Source: the human T2T-CHM13v2.0 reference genome, Homo sapiens. Taken from it: a DNA stretch of 64,000 nucleotides. Below the pieces are notes generated by a model. It did not search any database, was not told the origin of the DNA, and worked only from the letters and a program-made list of their open reading frames with translations. The stretch lies in the NCBI RefSeq assembly GCF_009914755.1, contig NC_060926.1. One strand, 5' to 3'. The translations under genes and the position numbers were made by a program. This document shows positions 26,421 through 39,685 of this stretch, piece by piece (within the stretch, counting starts at the first letter, position 1; each line of letters opens with the position of its first letter).

Positions 26421-29089
26421 CAGTTGACCCTTCAACAACATTGATTTGAACTCTGTGGGTCCACTTATACGTGGATTTTTTTCAATAAATAATTTGAAAA
26501 ATTTTGGAGATTTGTGACAATTTGCAAAAACTTGCAGACTAACCACGTAGCCTAGAAGTATAAAAATAAATTAAGAAAATGTTAGGTATGTCATTAATAC
26601 ATAAAATACATGCAGATACTAGTCTACTTTTTCATTTGCTACCATAAAATAGTACATAAATCTATCATAAAAAGTTAAAATTTATCAAAACTTAAACACA
26701 CAAATGCTTGTAAACCATACATGGCACCATTTGCAGTCAAGAGAAATGTAAAGAAGTGTAAAGATGAAGAATCAAATTCTGACTGCATAAAATTAAGTGT
26801 AATAATACTGTACTACGGTAATCATTTCATAGCCACCTCCTGTTGTTGTTGTGGTGAGCTCATGTTACATCTGCATAGAATGCCATACTATGCTAAAAAC
26901 CTCCACCTGAGCAGCTCATCACTCCAGTAAATTGTGTACCACGGTAAAAAGTGAGTTCTCACAGTTCTTATGTATTTTTCATCATGTTTAGTGCAATCCT
27001 ATAACCTTGAATTACACCATGGGACCCCATACAAAGTGCCTCCAAGAAGCCAAGAAAAGTCATGGCATTACAAGAAAAAGTTGAATTGCTTGATATGTAC
27101 CATAGATTGTTGTCTGCTATTGCGGTTTCCTACCATTTAAAGATAAATGAATCCAGCATAAGGACTGAAGCTGTTGCTGCAGCTATGTCAACAGGTGCAA
27201 AAATCTTGTACTTTTTGTGAAATATCCTTTTATATCATATTGAAAATGCAGCTTTTATGTGGTGCAGGATTGCCATAAGCAAAGCATACCTATAGATTTG
27301 AATATGATTCTAGGAAAAGCAAAGTCATTATATGGTAACTTAAAGCAAAAAAAAAAAAATAAAAATAAAAAGGTAAAAGATCTAAAGTTAAATAATTTAA
27401 TGCCAGAAAGGGATGGTTTGATAATTTTGAAACAGATTTCAGCAAAAAAAAAGTCAAGATAACAAACAAAACAGTTTATGCTGACCAAGAGACAGCAGAC
27501 AAGTTCCCAGATGTTATTAAGAAAACCATTGAGGAGGAAGGATGTTGGTCTGAACAGGTTTTTTTATGAGGATGAAATTGCTCAACCTGGAAAAAAAATT
27601 GGCACAAAGGACATTTATTAGTAAGGAAGAGAAATGGGCACTAAGATTTAAAGCAGGAAGGGATAACTGACCTCTAATATGTTGTGCAAATGCCGCTGGG
27701 TTTCTGATGAGGACTGCTCTTATCTGTAAAGCTGCTAACCCCTGAGTCTTGAAGAACAAAGATAAACACCAGCCGCCAGTCTTCTGACTGTACAACAAGT
27801 TGGCCTGGACAATCAAAACTCCTTCTTAACTGGTTCCATTGATGCTTTGTCCCTAAAGTCAGGAAGTACCTTCCTAGTAAGGGATTGCCTTTTAAAGCTT
27901 TTGATAATAGATCATGCTTCTTGCCATCCAGAAGCCCTAGAGGTCAACACTGAAATCACTGAAGTGATCTACTTGTCCCTAAACACAGTGTTTCTAATTC
28001 AGCCTCTAGATCGGGAGGTCAGAAGGACTGTTAATGCTCATTACACATGGTACTCTATGGAAAGGATTGTCAATGCTGTGGAAGGGAACACTGATAGAGA
28101 AAACATTATGAATGTCTAGAAGGGTCACACCATTGAAAATGCCATTATTGCTATGGAAAAATTCATGAAAGCCATCAAGCCCAAAACAATACATTTCTAT
28201 GGGAGAAAACTGGGTCCAGGTGTTGTGAATGACTTCACTGGGTTTACAACAGAGCCAATCAAAGAAATAATGAAAGAGATTATGCATATGGCAAAAAAAA
28301 AAAAGGTGGGTGTGAAGGGTTTCAAGGTATAAGTCTTGAGAGAAATTCAAAAGTGAAAAGATACCACACTGGAGGAATTAACAGAAGACAACTTGGATGG
28401 AGTTGAGTGCTTCTGAACCAGTATCAGATGATGAGGAGGGAGATGGAAAAAACAGTGCAGAAAACAAATTGTTATTAGACAATCTGGAAGAATCATTCTG
28501 ATTATTCAAGACTACTTTGAAATGCTTTTACAGCATAGATAGACCCTTGTAGGATATGGGCACTGAGACTACAACAAATGGTGGGGGAAGAATTGGTACC
28601 ATATAGAAATATTTGTAGATAAATTAAAAAGCAAAAATGTTGACAGAAATTATGATGTATTTCCATAAAGTTACACCACGTGCCTGTCTCTCCTGTCTCT
28701 TCCTTCTACCTCTTCAGCCTCTACCAGTTCTAAGACAGCAAGACCAAAACCTCTCTTCCTTTTTCTCAGCCTAGTCAACGTGAAGATGAGAATATAGACT
28801 TTCATGATGATCCACTTTCACTTAATAAATAGTAAATATATTTTCTCTTCCTTATAATTTTCTTAATAACATTTTCTTTTCTCTAGCTAACTTTACTGTA
28901 AGACTATAGTACGTAATGCATCTAACATACAAAATACATGGTAATAAAGTGTTTATGTTTTCGGTACGGCTTCTTGTCAGCAGTAGTCTATTAGTAGTTA
29001 AGTTTGGGGGAAGTCAAAAGCTATACATCAATTTGTGACTATGGAGGAAGTTGGTTCCCCCTAACCTCATGTTGTTTATGGGTCTACTG
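26421..29089 (+). mobile_element. Tigger2 DNA transposon, full length (2669 bp), transposase disrupted
   Basis: TIRs CAGTTGACCCTTCAACAACA and TGTTGTTTATGGGTCTACTG (17/20 inverted identity); TA TSDs at 26419-26420 and 29090-29091; DDE fragments such as LLIIDHASCHP..LIQPLDREV. Confidence 0.95.
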
Positions 29090-29209
29090 TAATAAATCAT
29101 CACCAGCAAAATTGTTCTGCATGAAAAGTATTTTCTATGTGTGCATGTGTTACATGTATATGTGCATGTACATATGTTTATATATATATTTATACACACA
29201 CATATCTTG

Positions 29210-30305
29210 TGAAAGACTCATATTCAAAACATAAAGCTTCCAACACATCACCAATGTAAAGAAAATAAAACAATTAAATCGGCAATAGCTTGCAACTGAT
29301 AATAAAGGAAGGTATGAGTGGTCAGCAGGTTATTTAAATTTGTTCAACATCATTAGTCATTGGATAAAATTAAATTAAAACTAAAAGAAGATACCATTTT
29401 ACACTTACTAGAAAGCTTTACATTACAAAGGCGAAGCTAGTTGAAAGTTTGAACCATGCAAACTCTGACTTACATGCAGTAACCCTCATGCCAGCTCTAC
29501 TCCTCAAAAAGCATCGACCCCCAAACCGGTCACCCCTCCTTGTTTTCTCAAGTCATTTGCTGATCGGGTTTGGAGCCTGCTGTGCTACCCTGTTGCAGGA
29601 GTGGGGGATCCATCTCCCACATCTCACATCTCTGATTTGGCTACAACACAAACAATACTAAATGTTGCAAATATGTGCAGCAGCTGGACACCCGCATATT
29701 CCTGCTGGGTGTGTATCATGGGATAAGCACTATGGAAGAAATGTCAACAGTTTCTTATCAAGTCCATGCATTCACCTCCCTTAATCCTCAGCGTTGTCCC
29801 TCCTAGATATTTTTCTAAGATATATTAAAATAAATGTCCCAAAAAGACTTATTTAAGAATGTTCATAGCAATTTGATTCATTATAGCCCAAAACTGGAAA
29901 TAACACAAATATCCATCAATAGTACAATAAATAAACAAATAGTGGTATATTCATAGAATTGAAAATGAATAAAAGGAGTGAAGATATACACAACTACATG
30001 GTTGGGTTTCAGAAACATTATATAGAGAGCAAGAAACTAGACATAAAAACACATATCGCAATTCTGTTTATCTGAAGATCAAAAATAGGCAATGCAGAAA
30101 TCAGAAGGTGACTGCCTCTCTTGTGAGGCAGGCAGCTAGAATTGCCTGGTGAGTGGTCCAAGGGAATTGTTGTCATGGTGGAAAACTCTGTATCTTTTAT
30201 CTATTCTTTTGGAGTTACATGAAAGTATGAAATTTCAAAACACATTCATCTGAACATTTAAAATAGGTACAGTTTTGTATATAGAAATTATACCCCAATT
30301 TAAAG
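29210..30305 (+). mobile_element. Old L1M (MC/ME-like) ORF2 end and 3'UTR, with an insertion at about 29430-29646
   Basis: GTTCAACATCATTAGTCATT..AGAATGTTCATAGCA..CCCAAAACTGGAAATAAC..ATATCCATCAATAG. Confidence 0.8.
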
Positions 30306-31593
30306 CAGTGAAAAAGAGCTAACACACTACATATTGGGATAATTAATATATTAAATTTGCTAACAGGTACCCCTTTATGTAGTACGTGTGTAATTGCTTC
30401 AAAGGCATCTCATTGCGAAGGACATAATGGTGTAAGTTAGGAATTCAATTTAAAGCCCTGTTTGCTATATGAAGATACTGGGCTCAGAAATGCAACTAAC
30501 TTCCTCACTTTATGCCTCTACTAAGCAGTATCACTAGAAAGAGAATTGTATTCTTTCAGCTTCAATCTCAAGAGGCTACCCTCCCCCCCACTGTGGGATG
30601 TGCACCATGTGATATTTTCTGGATATATCTGTATCTTTGTGTGACTTTGAGAGTTGATGAGTGAAGGGCGTGAATTCTTTCTACAGACACTAGTAGTTAA
30701 GTCTCTTCACTGACTAGCCAGCAAGCACGAGCATCAAAAAGCTAATGGAGTCTTAGAGTATGATGTAATGATTTATGTGACAAGTTCCTCAAGTGTTAAA
30801 AATGCTGGCAATTCACATCTATGAGGCCACACGCATAGAGCTTCTCTCTTCTGCCATGAGATACTGATAAAATACTTTTAATTATATTATGCAATCATTG
30901 CAAAGAAAATAGATAGCTTTCAGCTGCTGAGTTTCCTTTCAATGACCTGATTAAAATGTATCAAGGGAGATAGGACCCAGCTGTTCTTGTCATTAACTGA
31001 TAAGCTATTGCTAGTAATTTTTACTGATTGCTGACATTATAGGGAAATGCAAATAACAGGAAAAGAGCAATATCTTAATAGAAAAATATAAACAGCATCT
31101 CCTATAAGCTGCACTTTTGAGGATTTATCTGTCTTTAACCTTTAAATTTTGTATGTGTTTTTCCTGGAGTTAGCCACTCCATGATATCTCTACTCGTTTA
31201 CTGGGGAAAAAAAATATTACAGCAGCGATGGCAGGCATGCTCATTGAATTAAGTCTGCAAGTAGTGTTGATTTAAGACAAAATTGTTAAATAAGATACTA
31301 TACACTGATGCCTCACATGTCCAGTTTATGTAATAATTATTTTAATTTTGAGTTTCTAGGTAGAAATTAATACTCACTTAGGATCTGTAATAACAGTTGT
31401 TATCTTGCCACTGTCCTCTCCATGCTTCTGCTAAACCTTTAAACACCATCAGGTTGACATTTCTAGGACACGTGTATCACCGTGCCTCCCCTCTCCCAAA
31501 ACACCTATAAAACTCCCAAGCCTACGGGATAGATTCATAGAATCTTAGAATTCTGGAGAATGAGAATGGAAAGTAACTTGGTGCTGAAATAGG

Positions 31594-31796
31594 TGTGAGA
31601 TCAGCAAGCTTTTTCTGTAAAGAAACAGAAAGGAAACATTTCCAGCTTTGCAGGACATACAGGCTCTATTGCAGTGCAAAAGCATCCATAGACAATATGT
31701 AAACAAATGGGTGTGGCTTTGTTCCTATAAAACTTTATTCACAAATACAGCCAATATTTCAGATTGCAACTGTGAGTCATAATTTGGTGACCCCAG
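31594..31796 (+). mobile_element. MER58A (hAT-Charlie MITE)
   Basis: TTTTTCTGTAAAG..CCATAGACAATATGTAAACAAATGGGTGTGGC..ATAAAACTTTATT..GACCCC. Confidence 0.85.
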
Positions 31797-32719
31797 AACT
31801 AGTAAACCAACAATCCAGTCTGATATGGAGTTGGGCTTTTAAAACCCTGGAGAATATACTTTTTATTCTCAGAAAATGATTGCCAAAGTACCTAATTTGC
31901 CAAAACCCATATAGATTGTCTACACAATGTAAAAGCAGTCAATAGAGCACATCATGTTAGGGCATAGCTTTCCGTTATGTTTGTTATTAGTAAAATTCCT
32001 CACTCTTGACAAGACCAAATATATATACAAACATAATTATAAGCAGTAGTTACATGCTAAGTCTCTATTCCAAAATGAACTTGCTAGGGTGTTTCAGTCC
32101 GCTTTATAATTTATGGATCCAATGTTAGAATACTTACTATTCTCCACTGACAAAATACAGCGTCTTTTCATTAGAAGAAAACAAAAACATAGTCAAAAGA
32201 CTACATGTGTGGTCAGACCTTTCTTCTTGGACAGAGCAATCTCAGCTGGCAGATTGTAACACGGAGTAATGATTTTGTTCTATGCCTATAGTTGAGGATG
32301 GCAGAAGGGTTTGAAACAAAGACAGGGAACACCAGAGGTAACATCAATATCAGGTTATCCAGCTGGATATCTCACAGACATTTCAACACAATATGTGTAA
32401 ACCATAATTTTTCTCTCCTTAAAACTTTCCCTTTCCATATTCATCTGGTATAAAGATAATTGAGTGAGCAAATATATAAAAAAAAGGCAGGGCAGGAATT
32501 AATATTAGAGGTCTGCCTACATTTTTTTCTTTCATCTCAAAGACAGGCTGTATCCTCTGTGGCATTCTGTCTGTGTTAGTCTTTTGCCAAACACAAGAAG
32601 ACAAAGTGATTTCTCTCTTCCTCAATAAAAGGAGGCAATGAAATTTCAGCCAGTAAAAACAAAGGTGATTAGTATGTATGATTTCACCTCTCTTGTCTCT
32701 GTTAGAAGTGCACAGAATT

Positions 32720-33362
<643 letters not shown>

Positions 33363-33511
33363 CAAACCATCAAACCCTAACTAAATGCAAGCTAACATGA
33401 AGATAAAGTAGCTGTGACATACAAAGACAGATAATTGTCAAAAGGAACAAAGCCACTTAGTTGGATTTAACCTTTATTAACAATAAGTCATTCAAATAAA
33501 TAGACTTCAGC

Positions 33512-33824
33512 TTTGTGTTTTTGTTTTTTTTGTTTGTTTGTTTGTTTCAGAGTCGGGGTCTCGCTCTCTCACCCAGGCTGGAGTGCAGTGGTGTGATCAT
33601 TGTTCACTGTAGCCTCAAACTCCTGGCCTCAAGTAGTCTTCCCACCCCAGCCTCCTGAGTAGCTGGGACTGCAGGTGCACACCACCACACCCAGCTATTT
33701 TTTTTTAATTCATTTTAGAGGTGGAGGTCTTGCTATGTTGCCAGGGCTGGTCTGCACCTGAAGCAATCCTTCCATCTCAGCCCCCTAGGTTATGGGGATC
33801 ACAGGAGTAAGCTCCAAACTTAGC
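33512..33824 (-). mobile_element. AluJ
   Basis: GATCATTGTTCACTGTAGCCTCAAACTCCTGG..GGTCTTGCTATGTTGCC J diagnostics; (GTTT)n tail. Confidence 0.88.
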
Positions 33825-36169
33825 TTCTGATTTCTCATCCTAACTCTTAGCAACTCCCCTTACCTAAGATCTATAAACATTGCACTTCAGAGGAATTGCC
33901 CTGGGTAACATGTTGTTTACTTATTTCTGTCCTCTTGCCATTGTACTTTGTGTTCTGTAAATTTCCTTTTATTCTCCTGGAGGAGAAAATCAAGATCTAG
34001 CTGAGTAGCAATGTCCTGAGACATATTTCCTGGGTAAGGAGAGAAGGGCTGTGTCCTGGCATTCGTAAGGAGAGTCTGTGATGAAAAGAAGGTAGACATT
34101 GAATTAGGCATTAGAAGTTATGGGTTAAAGCCCACTTCACTAAAGAATCCTTTTCCTTCCTTCAGTTATCTTCTCCTGGCACAGGGTGCATAATAACTGC
34201 TCAATTAACAGTATTCTTTGAAAGAACCCAAAAAAGTGATTTTAGTTCTGCTGGTACCTTGGTAATTCTTGCTCATTTACATAAAAACAGTCACTAGTCA
34301 TGTTCTGCTGATACTGGTTTTTAGGCAACAAAAGTCATGATTTAGAGCAAACGAATATTTAAAAGGAAAACTTGGAAACATCTTACAGTACTTAATTTGA
34401 CACCTTTGGCTTTTTTTGAAATATATACTCCATAGAATTTATTATAATTAAAATTTACTTTCTTAGGAAATAAAATAGCTAATTATAGATGTTACTTAGG
34501 GAGAAGAAAAATGATGCATTTTTTCCATACAATTTTAATTAAAAACTATATTAATGTAAAATTGACATTCAAGCATATTCCATCGATGACAGATGTGAAA
34601 CTCCTCTCAACTAAGTGATTAGTAGTACCATTTTTTCAATATCTTTTCAATATTATATAATCTGAAAGGTATGGCAATTTTTACGGATGTTTTAATAGCT
34701 AGTGTGGAATGGCTAGAGAATAACAAAGCCAATCGTTTTAACAACAACTAGTAGTTTTTGGTTATCTTCTGTGGTACAGATACTATGCTAGTTACTTTAT
34801 TTTTATCACCGGCTTTATTTAGAACAATCCTTCAAATAATTATTATTTTACAAATGACAAAACTGGTTCATTGAAGGTGATAGTATTACTTAAGGACACT
34901 TTTCTATTGTAGATTCAACTTGAAGCTTTGGAAGTATCCAACTTTGAGTCCCTGTTATTTTTCATACTTTAAGCCTTGTCTTTCCTCTTGACCAGAATAG
35001 GACCTTTCTTTTGGCGCTTCAAATGGTTTAAAAATGTTTAGCACCTCCCCAAACCAAGGATTTTTGTTGGCTAAATATGATCTTTAAAATGATGGTCTCC
35101 AGTTGTCTTTCAGGGGCCATTAAAAATATCCTTACATGTTCTGTTCCTTAATAAGCTCTACTATAATAATTATGCAGACAGTATCATCTATATCAGGCCT
35201 CATTAAATAAGATGAAGTTCTTAATGATTCACTTGTATAACCAACTGTGGACCAACATTACTGTATGATAAACTGTAGGCTGCTGCTTGAGAGTTTCTGG
35301 ATTTGTGGAACTACGCCGTCATGCTATTACAATGTTGACAAAGGGGCTAGGAGTTATATCTTATATGTGAAATGATAAAGGACAGCAACCAGGGCTGTGA
35401 CTTCAAGCAACAACTACTCATTTGGCAAATACAAAAGAGAAAAGCATGGTATTTTCAAAAGCCATAGATCCAAAATGATATCTAGCCTGGTATTCCCCTA
35501 TATTCAGGCATGGTGAGGAATGTTTGCAAGTATGGTTGGTTAGGCTAACCTAGATTCTATTTTGAGGAAGCTTAAAAAGCCTGCTGGGACTAAGGAAGAG
35601 AGCACTCCAGGATACAAGTTTATTTCAAGGACAGTACATTGAGTTTTAGAGAGTATATATAATTCTGAGACACTACCTTGTCTGTGTCTTAATTTTTTCT
35701 CTCTCTGAGTCCTTTGGGGGACCTGGACTTAAAGTCAAAGAAGGGTTGTAATAAAAGAGTTAAGTAAAAGTTAGAAGATCTAGAAAATTGAAAGAGCATC
35801 CCATCAGTTTCTGGAACAACTAGGTAACAACACCCTTAGCCAGACCCAAGAACCCTCATATTGGGCATCAGAAGCATAGGCACTAATATTCCTGTTTACA
35901 ACAATAGTGGCACTTAAGTTGAGCACCAATGTTGATGGCACCTTCAGTGGGATTTGCCATATTCCTGGGAAAATGACAGATGCTATGGGCTGTCAAGAAC
36001 ACCAGCTTAATAAAAATGGTAGAAACACCCTCCTGAGACTATCACACATATTGATGAGAAAAAGAAAAACATAGATAAGTGAGTAAACTGGAATTTCCAC
36101 AGAGAGAATGAGAGCTATGTTGAAGAACAAATTCTGTATTAATCTGGAATAGAAACATCAGATACATGC

Positions 36170-36564
36170 AGTCTCAGTGCAGTTTTGCTGCTATAACACA
36201 ATACTTGAAACTGCATAATTTATAATTGAAAAAAAAAACCACAGAAATTTATTTCTCACAGTTCTAGGGACTGAGAAGTCCGAGATCAAGGCTCTGGCAA
36301 GTTCAGTTGTCTCCCAGGACCGATTTCTGCTTCTAAGATGGCGCCTTGTTGCTGCACCCTCCAGAGTGGAGGGATGCTGTGTCCTCACATGGTGGAAGGT
36401 GAAAGGGCAAGCTGAACGCAGAATGAAGCCTCTTTTAGGAGAACCTTAATTCCATTCATAAGAAAATAACCTTCATGGCCTAATCACCTCTTAGCAGCCC
36501 CACCTCTTAATACTGATACATTGATAACACTTGAATTTTGGAGGGGACATATTAAATCATAGCA
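36170..36564 (-). mobile_element. MSTC/MSTD MaLR solo LTR
   Basis: TTTATTTCTCACAGTTCT..AAGATGGCGCCTTGTTGCTG..GAATTTTGGAGGGGACA..CATAGCA. Retains a YY1-type AAGATGGCG at 36335-36343. Confidence 0.88.
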
Positions 36565-37222
36565 TGCGCATACATAACTAGAATGAATATTAGTAACATG
36601 CAAGATATTTTAAAATAAAATGTTGAATATAACTAAAATACAATTTTAAAATGTAGGTACCTTTATAAATATTGGCTTGCATTTGAATGTATAGCACTGC
36701 AAAGAAAAAGAAATGAGCCCAAGATTTCAATGTTACCCTATAGTATATAATGCTTGAATTAATTTATTTTTGTAATAACTGTTTCACCTCAAATACACAA
36801 AATATTAATAAAGTATAAATATTAAGTGATATTAAAGTGTAATTTTTTGCTCTAGAATGATGAACATTATTGATTGACCAAGCATAATTACAATACTACA
36901 CTGAGTTTATGAAACATTCTGCATATATTTTCATTCTGGCTTTTGTATCTTATTTCATCTCACAGATGAAGAAATGCAGGTTTATTTGAGGTGATTTTCC
37001 CAAGTTTTAATGACCAATAATAAAGGGTACTTGCAATCTGGCCTTCTCATTTCACAAATCTCTTCTAGTCCATTGTACTATGCAGAAGGTAGGATGGAAA
37101 AATAGCTCTCTCTGTATTTATTTTAATTGTTAATAATTTAGTCAGAATATAATGTAATGAAATTTTTAATTCTTCTGACAGTTTTTAAGTACTGCAATTG
37201 TGATTAAGAATAAGAGCATTTT

Positions 37223-37532
37223 GGCCAGGCACAGTGGCTCACGCCTGTAATCCCAGCACTTTGGGAGGCTGAGGCGGGTGAATCACCTGAGGTTAGGAGT
37301 TCAGTACCAGCCTGGCCAACATGATGAAACTCTGTCTCTACTAAAAATACAGATATTAGCCAAATTAGCCAGGTGTGGTGGCTAGTGCCTGTAATCCCAA
37401 CTACTGGGGAGGCTGAGGCAGGAAAATTGCTTGAAGCCAGGAGGTGGAGAGATTGTAATAAGCTGACATCATGTCACTGCACTCCAGCCTAGATGACAGA
37501 GCTAGACTCCTTCTGAAAAAAAAGAAAAAAAA
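37223..37532 (+). mobile_element. AluSx-like with 17-bp TSD
   Basis: TSD AAGAATAAGAGCATTTT (37206-37222) and AAGAATGAGAGCATTCT (37533-37549). Confidence 0.95.
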
Positions 37533-37550
37533 AAGAATGAGAGCATTCTT

Positions 37551-37720
37551 GTGTTGTTTTTTATTTTGTGGTTTTTTTTATCGAGATGGAGTCTCGCTTT
37601 GTCGCCCAGGCTGGAGTGCAATGGTGCCACCACGCCTGGGTAATTTTTTTTTTTATTTTTTTATTTTTAGTAGAGAAAGGGGTTTCTTCATGTTTATCAG
37701 GCTGGTCTCAAACTCCTGAC
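37551..37720 (-). mobile_element. AluSp/Sq-like, internally deleted and 5'-truncated
   Basis: GGAGTGCAATGGTGC is joined directly to CACCACGCCTGG; the element ends at AACTCCTGAC. Confidence 0.9.
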
Positions 37721-38059
37721 AGTTTTTCTCTGAAACCGAAATGAAAGTGGATATGTGAACAGGAGTATCCTTGGGTGTCAAGTCTGAGTAGCTTTGTGAG
37801 AACACAGCTAAACTTAGGGTGTTTCTCATGGAATTCTGAAGTGGAAGCAGTTCATGAGGATTCTCTTGCTTTGGTTGGCCTGCTAAATAGAATAGGGTCA
37901 TGATATCGCGTGCCATTGCTGGAATCCTGGACTATTTAGTACTAATCATAGAAGTCCACAGTCCTCTCAGATATCCACTGATGGAGCCAGCTCTTCTTAT
38001 CAGATATATACTGATGGAGTCAGTTCTTTTTTTCTGTCCCTGGAGCAATCAACTTTTCA

Positions 38060-39685
38060 CATAGTTTTGTATAGAGATATCCAAGCTGAAATTTAAAGGA
38101 TAGGTATGGGTTAGTCATAACGAGGGGAATTAGTGAGGGAGGGGTGACAGAAAGCATTTCAAGAAATGAAAATATAACATGCACAGGAGGAGAAGCAACA
38201 GTGCATGAGGGAAAACAGAAACAAAACAGAATGGCAGAAGGAGAAAACAGGGCCACATAGTAATGCAGAAAAATGGGCATCATAAATATACAACATATTA
38301 AAATGCTGACATTTAATCTAAAGTAAATAGACATCTATGGAAGCATTAAAACATGGATGGAACATGATCATATTTTATCTAAAATGTTATTCATGGCTGG
38401 ATTTATGCAGACAGACTGAAATCAGGTAGAAGGCTATTCCCGAAGTTTAAGAAGGAAATGCTGAGTGACTAATTAGAGTGGTGGAGAGGGCATGAAATTA
38501 ACAGGATGGAGTTTAGAGGCAGTTCAGAAATAGATGTTTCAGGCATTACAGGGAAAGATGGAGAAGTTAACCATGCTCAGGATTTTGTCTGGGCAACTCT
38601 GGGGATGTTAGTGCTGTTCACTGGTGTAGGAAATGACACAAGAAAAGGTTTGAGAAAAAAATGAGTAAAACTTTGAAAATTAAAGTTTTAGATTCAAATG
38701 AAATATCTCTCTCTCTATATATAAATATTGTCTGAGGAATAAATGAAAGAAGTGAAACAAACATATATTTATTTATTTAACAAATTGAATATATACATAT
38801 ATGTTATGTATATGTGTGTGATATATATTTTATATATAATACATTTTATGCCCCATTTCTATATGTATATATTCTATTTGTTATATATTACTTTATATAA
38901 CATATTTATATATCAGCACCAAATATATTTGTATATATTTATTTATGTAAACTTTATCAGAGGATAGTAAAATAAAGACTATTTTTCAAATTATTTTATG
39001 TAGCCAGCATATACTTAATACAAAAGGAGGACAAGAACACGTCCATGAAGTGAAAATATAATATTATATTTATATAATATAAATATAACATATGTATATT
39101 ATATAATTGTATAATTTATACAATTATATAATATACATATTATATAATTATATAAATTATACAATTATATAATTATATTATATATAATATACATATAATA
39201 TAATTCTATAATTATATAATATAATTATATATAATTATATAATTTTATAATATAATTATATATAATATATATTATAATTATATATAATATATATATTATA
39301 TATATTATATATAATAATATAAATAATATATATAATATATATAATTATATATAATAATATATGTAATATATATAATATATATATAATATATTATTTATAA
39401 TTATATATTATATATATTATAATATATATAATTATAAATAATATATATTATAATTATATATAATAATATATATTATAATTATATATAATAATATATATAA
39501 TTTATATAATTTGTAATTATATAATTTTTATTATATAATTACAAAAAAGCAACATATTTATATTATATACAATAGGCAGATGGCAGTTAAGTCAGATAAA
39601 TTACTGGAATTGTAATCAGAAAGTATAGAATAAAAGAAAGATAGTTTACAAAAAATCCCTGAGAATTCTGATGTTTTTGAAGTCC
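38060..39685 (-). mobile_element. L2 split by an AT-rich expansion (38705-39570); resumes at about 43880-44220 and 44915-45160
   Basis: GCTGAAATTTAAAGGAT..GAACATGATCATATTT..GGGCAACT..GTGCTGTTCACTG; resumes at TAGGCAGATGG..CCCTGAGAA. Confidence 0.65.
39055..39570. repeat. ~500-bp almost pure A/T (TATAA/TA)n tract
   Basis: Directly visible; only a handful of G/C bases. Confidence 0.95.
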
